This document shows, in pieces, positions 49,958 through 61,145 of a stretch of 64,000 bases of DNA. The DNA comes from Adineta vaga (lineage: Eukaryota > Animalia > Rotifera). The stretch is from positions 3,410,001 to 3,474,000 of the forward strand of contig CP075494.1 in the NCBI GenBank assembly GCA_021613535.1, in the 5' to 3' direction. A program made the translations under genes and the position numbers. Position 1 is the stretch's first letter, and each line of letters opens with the position of its first letter. The notes beneath the pieces were generated by a model. That model ran no database searches. It was not told where the DNA came from and saw only the letters and a program-made list of their open reading frames with translations.

Positions 49958-50012
49958 GAGGGTGTGGGTGAGAGAAGAAGGAACAGGTATACCCTCACCC
50001 ACATCCTCAAGA
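49958..50012. repeat. Hairpin element with telomere-like arms (copy 4)
   Basis: GAGGGTGTGGGTGAG ... CCCTCACCCACATCCTCAAGA. Confidence 0.6.
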
Positions 50013-50054
50013 ACAACCATTTCACTTATACTTTGATATGATAACGCACATTTA

Positions 50055-51173
50055 TTATTTCAAAGTTGATACATAGGATGGAATGATGTGAATATAAATC
50101 AAATAAAACTTTTTAGTAAAATCCAATTCAATGTTTTCAACCTGAAATCGTATACCTGGTTGTAATATGATTTCCTTTTCGTCTTTAAAAGAACTAATTG
50201 TTGACATATCAGCATATAAATCATTCGACGAATGTCGTCGTATTTTCATAATGTATAAAACATTTCGAGCAAAATTTTCTGCAACATCTTTCTCGTATGA
50301 AGTTGAAACAAATGGTAACCATTTGAAATATTTTGAATTATTTCCAACAGCATGTCGATATTCTTCAAGCATTTTCTCGGATATATAATCACCACGAAAA
50401 ACAGTTATAATTTTCGATTGAATATGTCGATGAATTGAAAAAGGTTCGTTGATATGTCGACCGATGTAGTTAAAAACAAGAAAACAATAAGGACCAATCG
50501 TAAGTAATTTTGTCTGATCATTATCTCGTAAAGCAGTATTTACTGTACGATAAATAAAATATGGTTTTGTGTACAACATTGCACAACAATTTTCTAATTC
50601 TTTCATTCTTTTCTTCTCATTCTTACCGATCGTTTTATTTTTAACTTTTTCTAGAGTGTTTATAATGCTCTCTAGAATATGTTTCGGTTCATTTCTTCCT
50701 TCTTCTTGTAAACCTTGTATAAGACATGGAAAAATGAAATTAAATGTGACAGTATGTTTTCCTTTGGTAAATATTAAAAACCATTTTTCAATAAATGGTG
50801 AACCATAATATTTTGTATCAATAGTTGCACTACAATTTGAAACCGACTCTAATGGAAATAAAAATCGTTCACAACGTCGCCATTCATCTTCTTGAATTGA
50901 TGAATCAATAGCATTTTGTCTTAATCGTCGTCCAATTGCATGTTTACAACTTTCATTAGCAATATTTTCTTTGACAAAATAGTTCAAATCAATACGATAA
51001 ATATCTTCGATAAATATTTCATTCGAACCAGATCGAAAGGCTTCTTCAATTATTGATGAAATCGTTTCAGAAAATGGTATCCATTGATTATCTGAACGAT
51101 ATATCCAAATAAATTGATTTTCAGTTGTTGGCATATCCGAAATCTTTCGCATGGATAATAATTTAACCGACAT
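50055..51173 (-). CDS. WWE-domain + R-S-E type (ARTC/toxin-like) NAD:arginine ADP-ribosyltransferase
   Basis: N-terminal FIWIY..QWIPFS..IEEAF..YRIDL (WWE). LYT...Y..VN.ALR, VFRG, FVSTS and DEKEIILQPG.RFQV give the R-STS-ExE triad. No signal peptide. Confidence 0.85.
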   Translation of the reverse strand: MSVKLLSMRKISDMPTTENQFIWIYRSDNQWIPFSETISSIIEEAFRSGSNEIFIEDIYRIDLNYFVKENIANESCKHAIGRRLRQNAIDSSIQEDEWRRCERFLFPLESVSNCSATIDTKYYGSPFIEKWFLIFTKGKHTVTFNFIFPCLIQGLQEEGRNEPKHILESIINTLEKVKNKTIGKNEKKRMKELENCCAMLYTKPYFIYRTVNTALRDNDQTKLLTIGPYCFLVFNYIGRHINEPFSIHRHIQSKIITVFRGDYISEKMLEEYRHAVGNNSKYFKWLPFVSTSYEKDVAENFARNVLYIMKIRRHSSNDLYADMSTISSFKDEKEIILQPGIRFQVENIELDFTKKFYLIYIHIIPSYVSTLK

Positions 51174-51330
51174 AGAATTAATTTTTCAAGTCGAAGATCG
51201 ATCATTTAAAAGTTTTGAAAAAAATAAAACTGGTTTTCATTCTCACTTTTGCGATGACGCAGAAGAAAAAAGCATTTAAAGATAATATTTTTTATCGTTC
51301 TTTTATTGTTTTAATGATTTGTTCTTCGTA

Positions 51331-53149
51331 TCATAATACATAGCGTATATCAGGATGCTAAAAATAAAAGTAAAAAAATATTGAAGTCATGATATTCATA
51401 TAGTAAAATTACTCGATCACACGGTTCTCTCATATTTGCTTCTTGATTATATATTTCATCTGATAATTGTATTCGTCGATGATTTTCTCTTAGTAAATAT
51501 ATTCGTAGGAAAATAGTTAAAATCATACTGATTATTATTAATCCACTACAGATTAAATGACCACGTCGATAGATTGGTTTATCAATATCTCGATAGATCT
51601 ACAAATAGAATAGGTTTTATAACAAACTTTCAGAAGATAAAAGGCAAACATCTTACGAAAGGTGTAATAATGCCACCGATTTGTGCAGTACCAATAACAA
51701 AACTGATTGCTGTAACTCGTTTTGTATGACCACCGATATTATTTGTTAACCAAGAAAGTAATAGTGGAAATGATGAGAGTACTCCACAAAAAGTAATGCT
51801 CATACTGATATAAATTGCTATTTTTCCATGTTTAAACAGCGTAAGAATCAATATAAATCCAATAAGACTAATAAAGAGACAGAATATAATATGATAACCA
51901 TGTTCATTTCGTTGTGATGATGAGTAATTGATCAGTAAACAGCATAGACAAGCTAATATATAACATGGCACTGGTAGTAAATGTGTTTCTGTATGTGAAT
52001 AACCTGCCGTTTTAATCAATGTAGGAAAAAATGTTGTTAAACATAGAATAACAGTTTCATTTCCAATAGCAATTAGGCCATAAATGTAGATTCTCCAATC
52101 AGTAAAAACATATTGAACTTGTCGCCATGAAAGTCGATTATTTAATTCTGGATTACCATCAGCAATGCCAATATCATTTCGTAAAAGATTTGTCAAAAGT
52201 TGTTTCTCTATATTATTCAACCATTGAACAGCATTAGGAACATTATCAAGAAATAGATAAGTAAAAATACCGAGCGGAATAATTGGTAATCCTTCGAGCA
52301 AATATAACCATTGCCAATTTTTTAAACCACCAATACCATTCATTTTTTCCATACCAATAGCCTATGTATCAATGATAGTAACAGATCGTATAATGAAGAA
52401 AACTTACAAGAATACCAGCGAGAGCACGAGAAGTAATAGCTGCACTATATAAAATAGCTATTCGCATAGTTTGCTCTCTTTTGCAATACCAAAGAGAGAA
52501 ATATAAGATGATACCAGAAAAATAACCTGCTTGTACTACACCCTATAGGAATAAATGTTGACATTTCTATTTTAATATGATAGTTGACATACTAGAAGAA
52601 AACGAACAATCAATAGTTGCCAAGTATTAACTACAAAAGCCATAATAACTGTGATGATTCCCCATGCAATCATACTTGATGCTAGATAACGAGTTGGACC
52701 AATAAATCGTAGGAGAAAATTACTTGGTATATCGAAAAGAAACTAAAAATTATGAATAATATTTGAATTTCATGATGTTTCGTTTCTTTTTTTACATGTG
52801 CGATATAAAAGATTGAAATGGCTAAGTTCTGCAATGATTCTGTCATGTTCAGATCGTTTTGCATACCCATCAATTTCGTATGACCTGAATTATTAGTATT
52901 AATATCGAATAATTCAAATGAAAAATACGAACCAATGCTTACTCGATTGATGAAAGAACTAATTTCCAAAAGAATAATAAAAGGAAGTAATCTTTGATCA
53001 AGCTTCCGAATCAGACGACAAATAGCACTCCTATGAAATACATTCTGATCATATTGATCAACAATAGTAATGTTATCGATCGATGCTGAATTTTCGTCTA
53101 GTGCTTGCAGTCGTATTAATACAACCGATCTATTATTTGTCATCGACAT
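51331..53149 (-). CDS. MFS transporter, anion:cation symporter / allantoate-nicotinate permease (DAL5/TNA1-like) family, spliced
   Basis: RKLDQRLLP, FINRVSIG, RFLLG..QAGYFSG...Y.SLWY, WQWLYLLEG.P, WLTNNIGGHTKR, and C-terminal RENHRR...CDR|HPDIRYVL*. About six short introns. Confidence 0.88.
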
Positions 53150-53639
53150 TCGGGATTGATTTTTAGTTATCAGTATTGATATTCGTTCTTTTTTTCTGTT
53201 CTATACCAAGTCAATCAATAAATATTGATGATAAAAAGATGCATTGAATAGAATAAAGACAACGTCAACGATCGATCCATGCTTCCAATTCTTTTTTCTA
53301 AATAAATCAAAGAACAGAGTAAATCTCACTCCGAAGTTATCATTGAAAGATAACAATAAAGTAGATTATTTTACCCTTATTACGAGACAACTACAACAAG
53401 TGAGACTCAAATAAATGATGACTATTCTCTAATATATGCGTAGGAGAATGTGAAGACGAAAAATGTTGCCTGTTGTATTGATATGATCGAGAAATAAAAG
53501 AAAGAAAAAAAAGCGAACACATTCAGTCGAAAAAGATTGAATCGTAATTTTTACTTTTCTACAGAATAAACGGAAAAAAAACAATTTCTTCCCGTGATTT
53601 AAATTAAAGTAAGTTTCAACAAAATTGATTGAGTAGGGA

Positions 53640-54290
53640 ATGAAGTCATTTCATTTTAATCAAACAATCGGTAATATGGATCATGAACTATCAAGCATAG
53701 ATGAAATCAATGTCATCGTATCTGAGCAACATCTGAATGAATCCGATGATATACCATTATTACTTATTCCTCCTGTCTTCTCTAATAATCGCACAAGTTA
53801 TACACGATATTGGCTTGAAATATTGATTAGTTTCTCAATGTTCACTTTGCTTACTATACTTATCATTGTTGGGATAATATTCATTAAAAATTCTAAAACA
53901 TTCTCAATATCAACTAATGAATGCAACCAAAAATCTGCAACAGGTAGATTTTCTTTTATAGGATCATATAATTTGAGAAATAAGAAACACTACCTAATTT
54001 TTCTTCTATAGATAAATCATGTTCATTAAATGGTTTAAAAACAATCGTATTGGACAATCTGAATGATTTTTTTTTGTCTATAAATATATCGCTTTATCGA
54101 GTAGAACTATTATTACATTCTTTTTTTCCTAAGAATATATGCACGATTTTGATCTGAGAAACACATCCATCTACGATTCATCTAGCAACATTGAACTGAT
54201 CGACAATGGTCGCTTTCAAAATGACACATTACATGCATATTGTATATATGCGGCTCACATTTTAATCCAATCACAATAGATATGGATTAT
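53640..54290 (+). CDS. Small single-pass membrane protein of unknown function (possibly degenerate)
   Basis: ORF with one hydrophobic helix (ILISFSMFTLLTILIIVGIIFI) and a likely intron at ~53944-54011. The 3' end is uncertain. Confidence 0.35.
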
Positions 54291-54357
54291 TGAGGGTGTG
54301 GGTGTTAAGATTGAGATAAAAGTATCGAACACATCTTTTTCATACACATCCTGAAGA
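54290..54357. repeat. Hairpin element with telomere-like arms (copy 5, degenerate)
   Basis: TTGAGGGTGTGGGTG ... CATACACATCCTGAAGA. Confidence 0.5.
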
Positions 54358-54404
54358 TTTATTTAAGAAATAACTAAAAATGCATTTTTATCAAAACAAA
54401 TAAC

Positions 54405-56441
54405 TTATTCTTGAAGATTTGGAATTAATAAATCATATGAAATAAATTGTCTTCCATCTTGATGTTTTTGTGTACTTTCTAACCATAAACGAATTTTTAG
54501 ATTATGTGTACCAATTTCTTGTGGATTGGTTTGAACATGTTCATGACAAAATCTTCCATGTGAATGATGATGAATTGGTGCTTTTTGACTTCCTTCACCA
54601 TCTTTGGTTGATGTTGGACCTAAACTAATCGGTAAAACTGAATTCGATTCCTTTTCCATCACATTTATTATTGAAATTTGATCACATTCTTCAAAATAAC
54701 ACCAATTTCTATTTGGACGAAATTTTTTATGAAAAACTTTTCCACCAGTTTCAGGTTTTCGTTCAAAAAAGTCAAGAATTTCTTCTTCTGTTTGATCAAT
54801 TGGATTCCATTTGGTTTTGAAACGATGAGCAACACGTATCGCCATCTTGGATGGTGGCATATTCACAATTGCTGATGAAATCATTTGATACATCAATCGA
54901 TAATCATGCATTGTTGAAAGATGTTGAGATGGATCTGTATGAAAGCGACTAATTCCACAACAATGAACATCACCACTAAAAAATGTAATACGTAATTTTT
55001 TCTCTTTGGAAATCTGTTGAAAACGAAGAAGAGCTTTGTTTCTTTCTTCAATATGATTTTCATGTGTCCATTCATCGAGAAGATCATCATATAATTCAGG
55101 TAGACCGAATATGGAATTTGTTTGTTTAACTATTGGAACATTTCGTACTTTATTGGGAAGATTTTTTAAATGTTCAAATATTGTTTCAGCAATACGAACA
55201 CGAACGAATGAAAATGGAACGGGAAATAAAATAATAGCATGTTTGACATGATCAGATACATTCTCTAATTTCTTATAAATCATTTCCCATGTCATGTCAT
55301 GATGTACTTGTTCAGTATTTCGTTCACTTCGTCCATCGGCAGCAAGAATAACTAAATTCGGTCCACATTGAGCAAATGAATTATATCCTTGATAACCAAA
55401 TAGATAATGTTGACGAGCTTTTTCTAACGTTGTATGATGTTGAAATAAAAGTCTCATCTTTTGTGCTGATAGAAACAAACCCATCATCATTGGACTATCA
55501 TGAATTAACGGTGGGTAAGAGCCTGCACCATCAAATATATCATGATCATCCCATGTCATTAAACTTGGAATTGATGATAAAGCAGTTCGGACTTCATCTC
55601 TTCGATTCCAATTTTCTGCATAGGTATTGAAATGATATTGTTCAACTTGATCTTTTAAATCTTGACGAAAGTCTGTTGTCCATTTTTGATTCCATTCCAT
55701 ATTAACCCATGCACGTAGATAAGGAATATCTTCGAAAATAAAATCAATATAATTCTGATCGCCACCCCATAATAATAAATGAAATGGTTTTTCATTATGT
55801 ATCGATAATAAATGATTCCAAACATTGGAATAAGTTAAATCATTGGCAGTTGCTTCTGTTACAGTTGCATCGAAACCATTACAAGAAAAAAATCCACCAC
55901 GCCATTTTTGATTCCATTGTGCAATATGAAAATATCCATTTGTAATCTTTTCACCCCAGTTAACTTTCCAAGAAATTTTTTCATCATTTTCACCAAATGG
56001 AATTTTAATAAATATATTAATTCGATACGCACATAAATCAAAGATATTTTCATATAAAATCTCCCAATTATAATCAATCGATGTATCACTTTCACTCATA
56101 AATTCAATATGCGGTTGAGAACAGGAAATATGTCGAAAGAATAATGCACTACCGATCCATAACATTCGATCTACATCGGTTGTTATGAATTGAAAAAATG
56201 GCCCTAAAGCCTTTCCAGGTGGTTTCGGTGGACGATTAATCGCAGGAGATTCGGTGGTTGCTTCTTCAGAGGGTGGAAGGTCAGGAATTTTTGATGTCGT
56301 GAATTTTGGTGCAGGATAATCACCCATATATTGTGGATCAATATTAACAGGATTGGATGCGGTTGCAAGATAATCACCATGTTTATCCATTTGTTTTTTT
56401 ATCGTACTATTAGAAAAGATCGTGAATACTGAAAGAATCAC
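54405..56441 (-). CDS. PhoD-like metallophosphatase (calcineurin-like fold)
   Basis: FFSCNGF, LLWGGDQNY.D, TWDDHDIFDG.GSY, DGRSER, DDLLDEW, FSGDVH, MISSAIVN. Intronless; the likely ATG is at 56390. Confidence 0.88.
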   Translation of the reverse strand: MILSVFTIFSNSTIKKQMDKHGDYLATASNPVNIDPQYMGDYPAPKFTTSKIPDLPPSEEATTESPAINRPPKPPGKALGPFFQFITTDVDRMLWIGSALFFRHISCSQPHIEFMSESDTSIDYNWEILYENIFDLCAYRINIFIKIPFGENDEKISWKVNWGEKITNGYFHIAQWNQKWRGGFFSCNGFDATVTEATANDLTYSNVWNHLLSIHNEKPFHLLLWGGDQNYIDFIFEDIPYLRAWVNMEWNQKWTTDFRQDLKDQVEQYHFNTYAENWNRRDEVRTALSSIPSLMTWDDHDIFDGAGSYPPLIHDSPMMMGLFLSAQKMRLLFQHHTTLEKARQHYLFGYQGYNSFAQCGPNLVILAADGRSERNTEQVHHDMTWEMIYKKLENVSDHVKHAIILFPVPFSFVRVRIAETIFEHLKNLPNKVRNVPIVKQTNSIFGLPELYDDLLDEWTHENHIEERNKALLRFQQISKEKKLRITFFSGDVHCCGISRFHTDPSQHLSTMHDYRLMYQMISSAIVNMPPSKMAIRVAHRFKTKWNPIDQTEEEILDFFERKPETGGKVFHKKFRPNRNWCYFEECDQISIINVMEKESNSVLPISLGPTSTKDGEGSQKAPIHHHSHGRFCHEHVQTNPQEIGTHNLKIRLWLESTQKHQDGRQFISYDLLIPNLQE

Positions 56442-57307
56442 GTGGCGAGAGAGGTAAATTCTTTTTCTTTATGAAGAAAAAAACGAACGACGAAAAAACA
56501 CCCGATTTTTTATGTTCTGTCAGTGTATATAGAAGAAAAGATAAAGATGTGTTACAAAGAAAGTAAACGATGTGCTTCATTCTATAGATAAAGAAAGAAA
56601 AGAAAGAACGACAAAAAAATCGTAGTTTATTTAGAAGAAGTGATGTTAAAATAAGAGACATTATCGATGTGTAGGACAAATGACATAAGAGAATGTTCGT
56701 TGCTTCTCGATTTTTATTGATGAAGAGTCGAAAGTAATATTTGTTCTTGTGAAACAAAGTTAAATAACATATTGAATGATTCTATTATTTCTTTTTCCTT
56801 GAAAACAAAATAGCCAAGAAGAACTCTTCTACATCAAGTCAATAGAAAAGTTTTTTGATATTAAACACATGCACAGAATATCGACTGAAGAATACGTACA
56901 TGTTTTTTCTCATCATCTACCCATATCCAGCAGAATGTAGATGAGGTCTTTTATTGTACTAATATATGTAAATTTTCGGTTTGCATAGCCAAGACAATAT
57001 TGTTTGATTGATAATTAGATAAAAGTATTCTAACTTGTAAAAGTGGAAATAAAATTTATTCATTTAGAAATTTACCATAAAAATAAGCTCTACATATTAC
57101 TTTTTCTAATTTTGATACATTGATTGTATCGGACAGAACATGGTTCATCCGCATAATAATATCAGTATTTAGAATATAAATATAGAAATTACTGCTTGAT
57201 TCGAATAATTTTTTCAAAACGGTTTTCCTTCTTTAATGATACAAAAGAAAATAAAAGAATAAAACATCTGTCACACACCAGAACGATTCTAGTATCAACT
57301 ACAGAAT

Positions 57308-58324
57308 ATGTTTCGTCGTATTGGAACAAGACATCATACTGTTCTGAGTTTCTCCATTCTTATTTCTATTATTACAATATTAATAATTCATTTGATAAAA
57401 AGTTCACCGGATGAAAATTTCAAAGAAACAACAAGATCAATCATATTTTCAAATCGATCATTAAATATCGAAGATAAACGAACATCAATTGATGACGTAT
57501 CAATTCTTTGTTTAAATATGGCAGATTATCTTGATAATGAACAAAATTTACCACAATCTCCATTGATTTATTCACCAACATTTAAATCACCACGAATTTT
57601 TCGTTTTCCTTATCGTTATTCTCATTGGAAATCATCATCGATTCTTCCACGTGCATTAACACCTTGTGAACATAATTTAGCAATGCAATTATTAATGTTT
57701 ATTGATCGAATTTGTCGCGAAAATGAAATTATCTATTTTATGAGTGAAGGAACTTTATTAGGTTCTATGAGACATCATGATATTATACCATGGGATGATG
57801 ATATTGATATTATATTATCTTATGAACAACGACAATTATTTGTAGATACAATCATACAATTGAATAGTACATTGATAGGATTATATTTACTGAAAGGGAA
57901 GGTTGAAAAAAAAGATTATTATAAATTATATTATAAGAGTAATCCAAGTGCTGGAGGATACAAATGGAAGTTTCCATTTATTGATATCTTTTTCTATCAA
58001 CAAAATGAAACTCATCTTTGGAATTCAAAATATCCCGATACAATGAGTAAAATAAGAAATGTTTTTCCATTAATATTAAGACCTCTCGGACAACTATGGA
58101 TACCATCAGCAAGAAAACCATTTAAATTTTTTCAATTTGATCCGTTCGAGGATTGTGTCGGTCATTTTTGGGATCATAGAAATGAAACAGGCAAAGAAGA
58201 AATCAGGATGAAATGTGATCAACTTAAAGATGTTTATCCATTTGTTGAACGAATCAATAAAACGGATTCAGTGGAAGTTTTAAAGATTAATAATACGATT
58301 ATTCATACTGTTTCACTTCAATAA
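57308..58324 (+). CDS. LicD/fukutin-family nucleotidyltransferase-fold protein, type II membrane anchor
   Basis: N-terminal TM helix, then GTLLGSMRHHDIIPWDDDIDI, WKFPFIDIF and FPL..RPLG...P. Confidence 0.9.
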   Translation: MFRRIGTRHHTVLSFSILISIITILIIHLIKSSPDENFKETTRSIIFSNRSLNIEDKRTSIDDVSILCLNMADYLDNEQNLPQSPLIYSPTFKSPRIFRFPYRYSHWKSSSILPRALTPCEHNLAMQLLMFIDRICRENEIIYFMSEGTLLGSMRHHDIIPWDDDIDIILSYEQRQLFVDTIIQLNSTLIGLYLLKGKVEKKDYYKLYYKSNPSAGGYKWKFPFIDIFFYQQNETHLWNSKYPDTMSKIRNVFPLILRPLGQLWIPSARKPFKFFQFDPFEDCVGHFWDHRNETGKEEIRMKCDQLKDVYPFVERINKTDSVEVLKINNTIIHTVSLQ

Positions 58325-58960
58325 ATTTTTTTTCTTTCATCTTATTCTATTCTAGTCTCCTGTATATTTTATACTTCAAGTCAAAAAGCAGATCATTTTG
58401 AGAAATAGGATGGAAACTCGTTCGAGTAAATAAAAACATTATATTAGTCACATATGAATGCTTGTTATTTGAATCACAATAAAAAAAACCAGTCATCCAT
58501 TTTCATTTGGAAGACTGATAGAATTCATACCATAATTATCTGCTTTGATTTAATAGTACATAATGTCTAGAATTCTTTCATCTCCTTCACAGGATGTTGA
58601 TGTTATCCATTATTTTTCGACTGTTAGATTGTTCAATTTCCATTTTCCTGTTGTATTAGATTAGTTTCAAAGCAGATTACTGTAGAAACTTCCTGTCTAT
58701 TTCTACCATTATGTTCTGATTTCTCATATTCTCAGTTTTGTACAGTATATAAATGATTTTATATAGATTCAATAACACACTACAGAAGCAGAAACACCGT
58801 ATCTAGATAATTTTCTGACTAATCCGTCGCTTGTATTGTACAGATTTACATATGAGGCACCATTATTTTGCGTATTTATAGATTTTATCGGTTTTCGTGT
58901 GAGTGAGTATAGAAAGACATTGTTTTGGAAACAGTTTTCCTCAACGAATATCTCGTATAT

Positions 58961-60898
58961 TTATTTGAATCTATTTGTACTTACAAGAGTTCTACCTTTC
59001 AAATACATGTCCTTCTCATGATCAGTCCAAGGCATATCATAGGAAGGTAGATTTACATATCGATCCATAGTTAGATGAATCATCGCTCCTGTTCCTGGTG
59101 GAAGTACAACTTCCAACCACTTATGATTAACTGCGATGGTTTCTTCAGTATCTCCGATTTCGTTTAATACATACACCTCGTTGAATCGATGTTCCCCAAA
59201 CGTACCAGCTTGAATAATAAGCGTGCGTTGTAAAAATAAATCCACATTTATTAAATCTAACGTTACTGAATGATTTTTGAGATCTTTAACTAGTGCAGCA
59301 ATGGACTGTGGAAGACCAGGACGTTTCTCTTCAACATCATAAAAACGTACGCGAGCATGCAATAATCCTCCATGAGATATATGCATTGGTCCACCCAGAG
59401 TGAGCTGAACAAGACTTTCCATATATACGGGACACATTTCTTGCCAGATATGAATGGAAGAGAAATCGTCCTGATTGTATTGGTCAGTCCAGTTCAACGG
59501 ATTTCCTGCTTCCGAGCGCATTTTTTTCAATTGATGTTCAATCAATCGATAATTAGCATTCAATATACGTTGTGGATAATCTGGATTAAGACCTCGAATA
59601 TATTGAAACCATGGTAATGTGTTACCAATATAATGCTTCGTATTTTTTCTCGTCTTATTATCTCCACCGGAAAGTGTGGGGATAATTACTTCGTTCCAAT
59701 CATGATCTTTCTCAACACGATCCATGCGCTTCAAATCTTCGTCCGCCATAGAAATAGTCCACAGATAAATCGGATATTCCGGTGTTGGCTTGCGATAATC
59801 TGCCCAGCCTGCATCGAAGCGTTTGTATGGCACCACCCATTGACCCTCTTGTTCTTTGCGCAATGCCCAATTCTTATCAAGTTGGCTTCGTGCAAAATTG
59901 AGCTTGTTCATATCACCTGTTAAAAGTACTGCATTCATACATGCATTTACTAGTGGTTCAATGATCGTGAGGAATCCATGTGGCCAACGCCATCCATAGT
60001 AACCACCCCACCATTTGCCATCGTTGTATTCTCCAATCTTACCGCTCAATCCTACATTATCTGGAATGATACCATCATTTTGTCGAGTCCTCTCATTCCA
60101 GACTTCCAAATAATTTACTACCCAGCTACGATATTTCTCCTCGCCTGAATATAGAAATGCATGAGTTACAAGTCCTGTTGCATTAAGATTCAGCGGCACA
60201 TCACCCCGCGTCATCCGCTCGTTCATTAAACGTATAATATCCGCATATATCGCATCATTTGACCATGCACACTTTCCACTGACAAAATCTACATTTGGAA
60301 TATCTTCATAAGGCGCCAAATAATCATCGAGAATGCCACGATGTGTACTCCAATCTTCAGCTGTAAATTCAAATCGTGGTCCTCGACTACCTGTATTCGG
60401 CGAACGAATCAAGTTAAGTTTAGAGTCATAATTCTGCGCCTCGTCATCCTCTCCGATATACATGCCCGCAAAACGTAATGCTCGCTGACGATCCTTCAAA
60501 GCTGCTGGACCTGCAAGACCAAGAAAGTAAAAATACAAGTAACCTTCACCATGATGCATCCAATCATAGTACGCATCGAATTCTCGATGAATTTGTCCAT
60601 ATTCAGTCCATTGCCATGTAATACCCTCCCAAATTCTACGCGAAATTTCATGCAGTTCATGACTTCCACCTAACATATAGAGTAACGCCAGATTCATGAA
60701 ACCTTCATATGGATCATCCGATCCGTCCATTCCTGGCCAATCTCGACGCCAAATCAAGGTTCCATCCGAACGCGTATAGCGCGCTACAAATTCAAATGCA
60801 GCCTTGTTCAATTGATCGAATAATAATCGCTCCATTAATGCCCATTGTGGAGGAACCATATGATTTTTTAATAAAATCTTGGTAATTGAATGTGACAT
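58961..60898 (-). CDS. Bacterial-like conserved hypothetical protein (645 aa), possibly an (alpha/alpha)-toroid enzyme
   Basis: Intronless ORF, visibly richer in G/C than neighbouring genes. Motifs WPGMDGSDDPYEGF, YDWMHHGEG, IPDNVG..G..GE...GKWWGGYYGW.WPHG and RFYD...RPGLP..IAALV resemble a bacterial hypothetical family as recalled; not searched. Confidence 0.75.
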   Translation of the reverse strand: MSHSITKILLKNHMVPPQWALMERLLFDQLNKAAFEFVARYTRSDGTLIWRRDWPGMDGSDDPYEGFMNLALLYMLGGSHELHEISRRIWEGITWQWTEYGQIHREFDAYYDWMHHGEGYLYFYFLGLAGPAALKDRQRALRFAGMYIGEDDEAQNYDSKLNLIRSPNTGSRGPRFEFTAEDWSTHRGILDDYLAPYEDIPNVDFVSGKCAWSNDAIYADIIRLMNERMTRGDVPLNLNATGLVTHAFLYSGEEKYRSWVVNYLEVWNERTRQNDGIIPDNVGLSGKIGEYNDGKWWGGYYGWRWPHGFLTIIEPLVNACMNAVLLTGDMNKLNFARSQLDKNWALRKEQEGQWVVPYKRFDAGWADYRKPTPEYPIYLWTISMADEDLKRMDRVEKDHDWNEVIIPTLSGGDNKTRKNTKHYIGNTLPWFQYIRGLNPDYPQRILNANYRLIEHQLKKMRSEAGNPLNWTDQYNQDDFSSIHIWQEMCPVYMESLVQLTLGGPMHISHGGLLHARVRFYDVEEKRPGLPQSIAALVKDLKNHSVTLDLINVDLFLQRTLIIQAGTFGEHRFNEVYVLNEIGDTEETIAVNHKWLEVVLPPGTGAMIHLTMDRYVNLPSYDMPWTDHEKDMYLKGRTLVSTNRFK

Positions 60899-61145
60899 AT
60901 CTTTTTCTTATATATTGACTTTCTTTTCGTCTGTGCTGTATGATTACAAAGAAAGAAATAAAAATGTGGCTTTTGGCGGTGTGATACAGCTTGAAAGATA
61001 AAGTCAAGATATAAAAGAAAAAAAAGAAAATAGTCAAGGTATGCGCTGTAGAAGACAGAGAACATTATTAGAAGATACTTTTAACACATCCTACAAGTGA
61101 GGATGTAGTTGCCCTGTTTCTATCGATAGCCACACAAACCAGAGT

